IMG/VR virus record: IMGVR_UViG_3300022895_000170
Span: 1-25,388 of that record
DNA length: 25,388 nt
DNA from: a virus
Lineage: Duplodnaviria > Caudoviricetes
Direction: 5' to 3' (one strand)
Shown here: positions 8,801 to 16,355 of the stretch, piece after piece
Position numbering within the stretch: position 1 is the first letter of the stretch
Layout: each line of letters begins with the position of its first letter
The notes under the pieces: generated by a model
Database searches by the model: none
The model's input: only the letters and a program-made list of their open reading frames with translations
What the model was told of the DNA's origin: nothing
Program-made: the position numbers and the translations under genes

Positions 8801-10511
8801 AGTTAGTAAAGCCGCTGAAAAATTAGCTGATGCCGCAATACCTAACATCGCACAGCAATTAACAATTTCTGCAGAAGCTATGGAAAAAGGACAACAAATC
8901 ATTAGTGGTGTTACAAAAGTTAATGCTGCTGAAATAGAAGCTTTAAATTCAGAGGCTGAGAATAAACGAATTGAAATTTCGCAACAGGCCGCAGAAAAAA
9001 TTACTACAATCAAAAACAATGCAGCAAAAAAACAGGTAGCACTTACAGCTGATCAAATAGCTCAAATCAAAAAAATTGAAGAGCAGGCATTGAAGGATAA
9101 AGAAACGGTTACAAAGCAATACGCTGAAAAGATAGAAAAAATTGAATCTAATTCTGCAAATGTAAAATTCAATGCTTTAAAAGAATATGTCGAAGCCCAA
9201 AAATCAGCTGGAGAAATGACAGCTAAACAAGAAGCAGAATTTTGGCGATACAGTGCTTCATTATTTAAAGATGGTACAAAAGAAAAGACAAACGCACTAA
9301 AAGAGTTTAAAAAAGCCTACTCTGAAATGGCGAAAGATCAATTCGAGAAAGAAAAAGAATATATTGAGAAACGTAAAAAATACAATTCGATATCTCTTGC
9401 TGAAGAATTGAAAATTTATGAGGGGTATTTATCTCAATATGAAGCAGGAACAGATGAACGTATTTATTATGAAGACAAATTTTATAATACGAAAAAAGAA
9501 ATAAGCGAAAAAATTAAAACAATCAATAATGATTATTTGAAGCAGACGCAGGATGTTAACAAGAAATTATTGGATGAAGAGCAAAAGCATAATGATGCTT
9601 ATAAGAATGCTTTAGAAAGCCGAATAAAAAGTATCAAAGGTTACTTCGGATTATTTGATGAAGTAAAAATTGCTGATCCTGTAGACTCTTCTAAATTGAC
9701 GCAGGATTTAAGTGAGCAGGTGAATAGCTTATCCCAATGGAGAATTGAGTTATCAAAACTAGAATATCGCAGATTATCTAGTGATATTATAGATGAACTT
9801 GAAGCAATGGGCCCAAGTGTCCTTGCACAGCTAGAAGCTTTAAATCGAATGACTGATGCGGAACTGATGCAATATCAAGAGTTATATGAGAAAAAGCTAT
9901 TAATTGCACGTGAAGCGGCAATAAAGGAGCTAGAACCATTACAACAAGAAACAAAGGCTAAAATCGAGGACCTACGACAAACAGCAAATTCAGAATTGGC
10001 AACATTAAATAGTGAATGGCAAGCAAAAATAAAAGAAGTCGTTCTTGGAACAGAAGAAACTTTAGGATCAATGAATGAAATTGGGAAGAATGCAATTCAA
10101 GGTTTAATCGATGGTATGACGGGAATGCAATCAACTTTACAGGAATCTGTAAATAATATTATCAAAGGTGTTTCACAGACCCTAGAAAAAGTACTTAATT
10201 TCAATCCCGCATCTCCAATAGTTCAGGCTGCTGGTGGAAGTTTTGCTAGTGGATTTGATTCAATTATGAAAAAGGCTACAAATATTAGTAAACTATTGGA
10301 AAATAGCAATTTGCATGAACCCTCTTCATTATCGCCAAAACAAAAACTCAAAAATAACACTGCTTCTCAAAATTCATCGCCTTCTACCATTATTCTACAA
10401 TCTGTATTAGATGGCCAAATTATTGGTGAATCGGTAGTAGATGTCGTAAGTGGTAGACAATATAATAATGCAAGCATCCATGCATTAACAAGGGGGTTGA
10501 GTGGTATATGA
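5817..10511 (+). CDS. Tail tape measure protein
   Basis: 1564 aa. TP901-type core (AAIDFESAFTGVRQTV...ELPVSATEIAGV), hydrophobic Gly/Ala stretch, LGIKSPSRVM motif, extensive coiled coil. Confidence 0.95.
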   Translation: MTEIGPVELRLNTSNFDGSIEQSIRHLTAMGAELQAIQALGNEYENSIEGLSQKHDVLTRSVEASRFKLGEQRKKYDELLASGTANTEALEQQAIAVNEAVAEYNRLSTQLTDVDNQLGAQTSKWNKFQEFGGKVKSVGESISTVTAPIKDFGAYALNAAIDFESAFTGVRQTVNTSEENFKKLEDGIRGMAKELPVSATEIAGVVESASQLGIAEEHLLSFSRTVIDMGNSTSMTREQAAKEFADFANIVGMGQGDFDRLGSSITELSSTMGIAASDIMSMGKGFAEQASKIGLTEAQIMGLAATMSSLGIDAETGGAAMSSVFQKIQKAVGDGGESLSGFAKAANMSSADFKKAFETDAASALDALVKGLAETSEGGANLKSVLADLGVSGNETDVLLSMAGASDLLTSAVNSSSAAWKENTALSDKAAERYQTTESQIAIMKNQLVDVGISIGKVLIPIVQKVLDIFIPWIEKFSNLSSATQNTIVIIGGLIAAIGPLLVVGGTLISSIGSIVTAIGGFSMAIGAAGGATTALGAALALLSGPVVIAATTLAGIGIAAYAVGRDLNESSIQIEDWKTKVSESTAESVGSFLELSDQATVALNQLSWSGQAVTEEMAANMVSIYNEMGDQVLAEMQSDHAQELEAMQNHFASSSALTEEQEASILERVAQSQNEQQQVITDGKARIAEIYQSAAENNRSITEIEQQEIDIIQQTMKENAIKHLSDSEVEQKIILESLKNEASKISAEQAAQVVQNSLEQKEGVIKDAEDQYNEIYKWAIRQRDETGAMSAEEAQAVIDEAKRKRDEIVKNAEDMHQKVVNEAQVQAEEHVNMVDWETGEIKSKWSVFYQNIVSKAKEIGTSIGNTWSNLLSATKNRFSEIKESAAEKFSALSTSIERIINNLPTIFQKAFKGILLFLSNFSLVKIGAEIVNGLIKGIGNKLKELRLIFDTIGNLIPNWLKKKLGIKSPSRVMQALGVNIGEGLAIGIEQGCEGVSKAAEKLADAAIPNIAQQLTISAEAMEKGQQIISGVTKVNAAEIEALNSEAENKRIEISQQAAEKITTIKNNAAKKQVALTADQIAQIKKIEEQALKDKETVTKQYAEKIEKIESNSANVKFNALKEYVEAQKSAGEMTAKQEAEFWRYSASLFKDGTKEKTNALKEFKKAYSEMAKDQFEKEKEYIEKRKKYNSISLAEELKIYEGYLSQYEAGTDERIYYEDKFYNTKKEISEKIKTINNDYLKQTQDVNKKLLDEEQKHNDAYKNALESRIKSIKGYFGLFDEVKIADPVDSSKLTQDLSEQVNSLSQWRIELSKLEYRRLSSDIIDELEAMGPSVLAQLEALNRMTDAELMQYQELYEKKLLIAREAAIKELEPLQQETKAKIEDLRQTANSELATLNSEWQAKIKEVVLGTEETLGSMNEIGKNAIQGLIDGMTGMQSTLQESVNNIIKGVSQTLEKVLNFNPASPIVQAAGGSFASGFDSIMKKATNISKLLENSNLHEPSSLSPKQKLKNNTASQNSSPSTIILQSVLDGQIIGESVVDVVSGRQYNNASIHALTRGLSGI

Positions 10512-11320
10512 AAATGATTTTAAAGAATGGTCGCGAATTGTTAATAAGTGACTACAGTTTAAAATTATTAAAATATTACATCCCTTCTGTTTCAATTGAG
10601 CACCAATCGACTGAGGTTGATGGCAGAGATGGCCCAATTTTCACAAGCACACGTTTTAGTGGAAGAACAATTACTGCGAAATTTATGTATAAAGCATTTG
10701 ATTACCATGATTATAAATTGTTTATTGCAGATATCAATATGCTGTTTTCTCGCAAGGAATATTTTTATATTATTTTCGCTACAGAACCAGGAAAGAGATG
10801 GAAGGTCAGATTAGCAAATAGCTACCAACCAAATGAGCTACTTCGGAAAGTAGGGGAGCTAGAAATACAATTTATTTGTGAAAATATATATGCAGAATCT
10901 GTTCCAACGACTTTAGATTTAAAGGAATGGGATATTGATAAGTGGGCGTGGGGGATGGGTCTTGATTGGGATGAGGATTTAGCTTACTCATTTAACAGTA
11001 ATCTTTTCACGATTAAAAATTATGGCAATGTTGCTGTGGATCCACGCAGAAATGACTTAGAAATAACCCTAAAAGGAGTTTTTAATAATAGTGTAACTAT
11101 TACAAATCACACAACAGGAGAAGTATATCAATTAAATGATTCTTTATCATCCTCTGATGAATTAAAAATTAGTGGTATTCAATCTTTTAAAAATGGTATT
11201 TCTGTTTTTAAAAATACAAATAAAAAACTCCTTTCACTAGCGGTTGGTGTTAATAATTTTTCAGTTTCAGGCGGTACTGTTCACAGTATCGTTTTTAATT
11301 TTAGATTTTTATATATGTAA
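10508..11320 (+). CDS. Distal tail protein (Dit, siphophage tail family)
   Basis: 270 aa, ATGA-coupled to the tape measure gene. EVDGRDG, EPGKRWKV, IKNYGNVAVDP, LAVGVNNF, FRFLY motifs. Confidence 0.88.
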   Translation: MKMILKNGRELLISDYSLKLLKYYIPSVSIEHQSTEVDGRDGPIFTSTRFSGRTITAKFMYKAFDYHDYKLFIADINMLFSRKEYFYIIFATEPGKRWKVRLANSYQPNELLRKVGELEIQFICENIYAESVPTTLDLKEWDIDKWAWGMGLDWDEDLAYSFNSNLFTIKNYGNVAVDPRRNDLEITLKGVFNNSVTITNHTTGEVYQLNDSLSSSDELKISGIQSFKNGISVFKNTNKKLLSLAVGVNNFSVSGGTVHSIVFNFRFLYM

Positions 11321-11342
11321 ATAAGGATGGTGAAGAAAAACC

Positions 11343-14273
11343 ATGGTAATTAGTCTACACACAACACAATCACCAGTCAGTCGTTCAGAACGAATGAAAA
11401 TAAATGAGAACTGGCAGCGTATTATTGAAGGATTATCAAAATTACAACTGCAAATTAATATTTTAGCTGGTGGAGAAGAAGTGGATGAGTTAATTTTACG
11501 TATTAACCAGGCAATTGAGATGGTATCTACTGCTTTACAAGATACTGAAAAAGTAATTATTGAAGCAAATAAAGCTACTATGGATGCGCAAGAAGCCTCA
11601 GATAACGCTAATACTGCTGTACAAGTAATTAATGAGGCAATGGGTGAAGCTGGTCAGCTAATGGCGAACTTAGATGCTTTAAAAGCCCAATTAGAGCAAA
11701 TGAAATATAAATTGGAAACCCTATCCACGGAAGCTGAAGCAGCAACAATAAATGCCAATAATGCAGCACAAGTGGTCTCTAATTTAACTGATGCCATAAG
11801 TGAGGCAATAACAGTAGCAAATAATGCGACTCAAGAAGCAAATAATGCAGCACAATTAATTGCTGGATGGGGAACTGCTTCAGTATGGAATGCAACAACT
11901 GAGTATGTTAAAAACAATATTACAACTTACAATGGATCTACCTGGCAATCCCTAACAACTAATAAAAATTCAGTTCCTTCAGAATCTAATAAAGATTGGA
12001 TATTACTTGCTCAACGGGGAGTGGATGGTACTGGTTCAGTTTCAATGGTAGCCGGCAAATCCCCCGATGCAGATGGCAATGTCCCTTTAACTTCTATTGA
12101 TATTGGCGCTGAAACTCCTTCTGGAGCGCAAGAAAAAGCAAATAAGATTCAGGAATGGGTTCAGGCACATGGTTTAGGTACTGATCAACCAGAATTAATT
12201 ACATTACCAGATTCTTTATTAAATAAACAGGAGTCAGGATTTTGGAATGTTGAAAATGAACAAGGCTCCGTCTCACTTCCAAACGATATTGAAGATTTTC
12301 ATGTTTATGTAGGCATGAAATCAGATGATCAAAGTAACAAAATCTATCAAACCTTTCTGGCTATCTCCCAGAAGACAGCTAAGACATATACAAGAGTAAT
12401 TACGAATGATGGGCAGGTTAATAACCATTTAGATGATACAGGGTGGATTGAAGGTGGAGAAGGCGGAACAGGTAGTGGCCTAAAATTAAATATAAATACT
12501 TATAACCTTCAGACAACTATGGATCATCAAAAAACATGGGATTTACCTAGAGAATTATATGATAAAAATAATGATGAAATTATTGTATTCCATAATGGCA
12601 TTTACTTACCACCAATTTCATGGGATATTACAGGAAATGCAAGCAGCGGTTATGTCCTAACAATTCCCGATAATCCTATTGAAAAACAAATAGATAATAA
12701 TGTTAGTATATTGATTTTTAAAAACGTACCTACTACTGGTGATGAACAATTTAGTGGGAGTTTACTAACAGATGGATCTGTGACAATGAATAAATTTAGT
12801 CAAGATGTTCAAGACAGGATAAACAGTGCTAGTGAGAAGGTTGAAATAGTTGATAATTTAACAGTTGGAGGAAGTAACAAGGCTCTTTCAGCTGAAATGG
12901 GGAAAAATTTAAAAGGAATAGTTGATGAAAAAGTAGATAAGACAGAGCTAGATGTTTTAGAAACTGAAGTTAATGAACAAATGAAACCAAAAGTTGATAA
13001 CTCATGGCAAAAAGGTGTTTACAATGATACGGACATTATGAATCTTAAATCATTTAATGTGTCAAGGGTATTTCATATTGCAGATTGGGTAGCTCCAGTT
13101 AGTAATATTGAACAAGTGTCCATAGTGATTCCAGCAACTATCTTTGGTGGAACGGTTAAAGTCAGTGTAACTGGTAGTTATATGGGAACAGATGGTTCAG
13201 GTGCTATTGAGTATGAAACATCCTATCTTAAAATAGACAATACTGTACACACTTACAACAGAACTATATATAAAGCAGATAGCGGTATAGTTACTCAATA
13301 TTATTTCCCTGACTTTAATCGAAACGAACATGTTTTTACCATTCCTATCGTGCGTAAACCACATGCACTGAATAGATTGAGTGTTAAGGTTGAATTGTTG
13401 GGTATATATGAATCTTTCAATATGTTAAAGGATGCGTATTTAGTTTATGAGGACTTAGGTACATCATGGAATGGCTATCCTTGGACACCACAAATAAGTG
13501 ATATACCTACTAGTGCAAACTTCGGCAAGTGGAACGCTGGATACGATGCATATACAAGATTCCCTGGTGAATGTAATCAAATAACAGACTGGAATTTAGC
13601 AACACAAAATGGAATGTATATGGGTTCAAACGTAGCAAATGCCCCTTCTACAGATTGGTGGATGGGGATAACCATATCTCACAATGATAAATACATTGTT
13701 CAAAAAGTTATAGGCGTGACAAATGGTCAAGAATTTGAGCGTCAAAAATATAATGGCGAGTGGGAAAATTGGATAGAAACGTCACCTAGAAAACTTTTTA
13801 CATCTGTCGCTAGTGGCAAAAGTGAAATGGCATCTGCACTAGGCGACAAAGGCGTACCGACAGATGCCAATGCCCCTTTTAGTAGTTTTGCAGCTAATAT
13901 TAGAGCTATACCAACAGGCACTAAGAAATGGGTTGGGACTGTCACATCAACTTTGGATAATAGAACATACACTTATGTTAATGGAGTTAATACTAACTTA
14001 CCTAGTATCATATTTACAGTACCTTTTCAACCAACTACAGTAAGCTGCATGGGGTGGATTAATTCAACTGCTGCATATAACAGTATATACGAATCTGCAT
14101 CTGATGGAAATATATCAGGTACAGTAAAGTTTGCGTATTTTAATCAATCTCTAGCGTCAACACAGACACAAAATTTTAGAGCGCAAGTGGTCAACAACGG
14201 TAACGGTACATGGACAATGTATATGCCGTCAATGCAGCATCCAGTAACTTATACTGTTAAGGCTTTTGAGTAA
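11343..14273 (+). CDS. Mosaic tail fibre / receptor-binding protein
   Basis: 976 aa. Ala/Asn-rich coiled coil; CBM5/12-like WNATTEYVKNNITTYNGSTWQS...DW; fibre repeat VDNLTVGGSNKALSAEMGK; knob-like ITDWNLATQNGMY...ANAP...GEWENW; fibre motif LFTSVASGKSEMASALGDKGV; beta-rich C-terminus. Confidence 0.8.
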   Translation: MVISLHTTQSPVSRSERMKINENWQRIIEGLSKLQLQINILAGGEEVDELILRINQAIEMVSTALQDTEKVIIEANKATMDAQEASDNANTAVQVINEAMGEAGQLMANLDALKAQLEQMKYKLETLSTEAEAATINANNAAQVVSNLTDAISEAITVANNATQEANNAAQLIAGWGTASVWNATTEYVKNNITTYNGSTWQSLTTNKNSVPSESNKDWILLAQRGVDGTGSVSMVAGKSPDADGNVPLTSIDIGAETPSGAQEKANKIQEWVQAHGLGTDQPELITLPDSLLNKQESGFWNVENEQGSVSLPNDIEDFHVYVGMKSDDQSNKIYQTFLAISQKTAKTYTRVITNDGQVNNHLDDTGWIEGGEGGTGSGLKLNINTYNLQTTMDHQKTWDLPRELYDKNNDEIIVFHNGIYLPPISWDITGNASSGYVLTIPDNPIEKQIDNNVSILIFKNVPTTGDEQFSGSLLTDGSVTMNKFSQDVQDRINSASEKVEIVDNLTVGGSNKALSAEMGKNLKGIVDEKVDKTELDVLETEVNEQMKPKVDNSWQKGVYNDTDIMNLKSFNVSRVFHIADWVAPVSNIEQVSIVIPATIFGGTVKVSVTGSYMGTDGSGAIEYETSYLKIDNTVHTYNRTIYKADSGIVTQYYFPDFNRNEHVFTIPIVRKPHALNRLSVKVELLGIYESFNMLKDAYLVYEDLGTSWNGYPWTPQISDIPTSANFGKWNAGYDAYTRFPGECNQITDWNLATQNGMYMGSNVANAPSTDWWMGITISHNDKYIVQKVIGVTNGQEFERQKYNGEWENWIETSPRKLFTSVASGKSEMASALGDKGVPTDANAPFSSFAANIRAIPTGTKKWVGTVTSTLDNRTYTYVNGVNTNLPSIIFTVPFQPTTVSCMGWINSTAAYNSIYESASDGNISGTVKFAYFNQSLASTQTQNFRAQVVNNGNGTWTMYMPSMQHPVTYTVKAFE

Positions 14274-14295
14274 ATAAAAAAGGGGGTATAGCTTT

Positions 14296-14607
14296 GTGAA
14301 TTATATATTAGGAAGTCGTGTTATCTTTGATTCAGTAACTGGACGTATAATACATCAAATAGGGGAGGTATTGGAAAGAACCAGTTAAACATGAAGATAT
14401 TAATGGGGTAGACTATATAGATTTAGAAGTAAATACTTATGATATGTATACTCATTATATAGAGCGTATAGATGTAGAGAAACATCAGCCTATCTGAAGA
14501 AATTCGATTGAGTTGTAAACGAACCGACAATTGACGAAAAGATTAGTAAATTAGAGCAAGATTTAGAGTTGCTTAAAGCTGATAAAGAGGTGGGAGAGAC
14601 TTTATGA
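14296..14607 (+). pseudogene. Disrupted small tail-fibre-associated (assembly) gene
   Basis: RBS AAAAGGGGGT + GTG. Three broken fragments: MNYILGSRVIFDSVTGRIIHQIGEV..* / KHEDINGVDYIDLEVNTYDMYTHYIERIDVEKHQPI* / EPTIDEKISKLEQDLELLKADKEVGETL*. Confidence 0.65.
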
Positions 14608-14740
14608 TGGATAATGATAATCAAATCGTTGTAAGATTGCAGCAAAACGTATTATTTCAAAAATCTTATGTTATTGATGACATCACTAATTAGGATTACA
14701 GACAAGCAATAGAGGATTACATTTTTATAACTATGTGTAA
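14604..14740 (+). pseudogene. Disrupted small gene following the fibre-associated gene (XkdX-position)
   Basis: ATGA overlap and RBS GAGGTGGGAG. Reads MMDNDNQIVVR..., then KSYVIDDITN*DYRQAIEDYI with an in-frame TAG at 14691-14693. The end coordinate is approximate. Confidence 0.5.
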
Positions 14741-14759
14741 TCGTTCCATATTGTTCAGT

Positions 14760-14794
14760 AAACACTACTTATAATAAAGTAGTGTTTTATTCTT
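14760..14794 (+). terminator. Inverted repeat / terminator before the tailspike gene
   Basis: AAACACTACTT-ataata-AAGTAGTGTTT, perfect 11-bp stem, followed by TATTCTT. Confidence 0.6.
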
Positions 14795-14811
14795 ATTAAG
14801 AAGGTGATTTT

Positions 14812-16302
14812 GTGTATAAAGGTAATCAAATTAGTTATGACAATCTAAATGAGAAGCTCAAGAAAAAAATATCCAAAGCTGATTTTGAAATTGTTAATGA
14901 TTTAACTACAGGTGGTATAGAAAAGGTCTTGTCAGCTGAACAAGGAAAAAAATTAGCTATTAAGTTTAATGAGCATGTGGATGATTTTATATCAGTAAGT
15001 AGGTTTGGATTCTTTAAGGATTCAACAACAATTCAAAATGCGTTAAATTACGCTGAAAGTATTGGAGGTGCAGTTGTAGTAGCGCCAAGCGGTAATTATA
15101 ATATTTTAGATATTATAAAAATCCCATCAAATGTAAAATTGTTAGCAGAGGGAAATGTAGTATTTAAGCGTATGGCAGAGATAAGTGCTATTTTACACAA
15201 TGATTCTGACGGTATCATAGGTGGATATGATGCAAATAAAAATATCACTGTAAAAGGAATTACCTTCGATGCTAACAACATAGAATATACATCTAATGTA
15301 ACATCACTAGCTTTTGGGCATTGTACAGGCATTCGAGTTGAAAATTGTGAGTTTTTAAATTGCACTACATGGCATGACCTAGAACTTAATGGTTCTAAAA
15401 ATGTTGTTGTTGATAATTGTCGTTTTCTTAATTATAAAGGTACTTCAGAAATGTTACAGCTTGACTATGCGGGTTCAAGTGGTCAATTCCCTTGGTTTGC
15501 ACCTTTTGATGACACATCTTGTATGAACATTGAGATAACTGGATGTACTTTTATGGGAGCAGGTATAAATGACAATGTTGTGCCGTTCAATGACAAGATT
15601 AAAGCAATAGGTAATCACTCTTTCAAGCAGTCAGTAACTTCAAAAAATGTCTTAATTTCAAAATGTCATTTCGAAGGATTCTTATATGCTATATATTTAC
15701 AAGATGTAGAAAATTTAAAAGTTGAAAAGTGTGTTTTTAGGGATAATAACACTGGTGTTGTTTGGGAACAAAAATTAAATAATTCAAAGGATTGGACTAT
15801 TACAGATTGTTCTTTCACACACAGAGATAGTATTTTAACTTATATTGGCGTAGGTGGAGAATCAAGATTTTTATTAGGAATCACTAATGAGCCTACTTTA
15901 TTCTTAGAAGGCGTTCTCATAAGTGGAAACAAAGTACATGCTAATTGCACCAACATCATTGGTGGAACATTCAATAATGTAAAAATAGTGAACAACACTT
16001 TTGAGATGGCTAGACGTAATGGAATATACATTTACGGTGGCGATAACATTATTATAGAAAACAACTTCTTAACTAATAATGCTAGAAATGGTGAAGCAGA
16101 TCGAGCAGATATTGTAGCTGGGAATAATCCTACTATTAAATCTAAAAATGTTATAGTTAGCAATAATATATTTGACAAAATCATCTCTGTAAATACAAAT
16201 GAAAATGTTATTGCTACGAACAATATTATCAAAAATTTTTTGCAATTTGCTGGTGGAGCACAAGCTAAAAATAATATGATTGCAGGAGTTTGGACACCTT
16301 AG
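14812..16302 (+). CDS. Right-handed parallel beta-helix protein (pectate-lyase-like tailspike / polysaccharide depolymerase)
   Basis: 496 aa. DSTTIQNALN...GGAVVVAPSGNY...IKIPSNVKLLAEG cap motif, repeated N(I/V)x(I/V)xNCxF rungs, N-terminal fibre repeat IVNDLTTGGIEKVLSAEQGK. RBS AAGAAGGTGA. Confidence 0.85.
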   Translation: MYKGNQISYDNLNEKLKKKISKADFEIVNDLTTGGIEKVLSAEQGKKLAIKFNEHVDDFISVSRFGFFKDSTTIQNALNYAESIGGAVVVAPSGNYNILDIIKIPSNVKLLAEGNVVFKRMAEISAILHNDSDGIIGGYDANKNITVKGITFDANNIEYTSNVTSLAFGHCTGIRVENCEFLNCTTWHDLELNGSKNVVVDNCRFLNYKGTSEMLQLDYAGSSGQFPWFAPFDDTSCMNIEITGCTFMGAGINDNVVPFNDKIKAIGNHSFKQSVTSKNVLISKCHFEGFLYAIYLQDVENLKVEKCVFRDNNTGVVWEQKLNNSKDWTITDCSFTHRDSILTYIGVGGESRFLLGITNEPTLFLEGVLISGNKVHANCTNIIGGTFNNVKIVNNTFEMARRNGIYIYGGDNIIIENNFLTNNARNGEADRADIVAGNNPTIKSKNVIVSNNIFDKIISVNTNENVIATNNIIKNFLQFAGGAQAKNNMIAGVWTP

Positions 16303-16355
16303 TAAATAGCTTCTATAATATTTGGGATAAATTTATACAAAAGAAGGTGATATTG

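Noticed and set aside
5037-9019. Antisense ORFs over the major tail and tape measure genes (and similar ones over the repressor, tailspike, endolysin, dehydrogenase and transporter)
   Set aside because: Fully overlap confident genes, with no RBS or recognisable motifs.
11343-16302. Invertase shufflon or diversity-generating retroelement acting on the fibre
   Set aside because: No recombinase or reverse transcriptase, no inverted cassettes, and no near-identical TR/VR pair seen.
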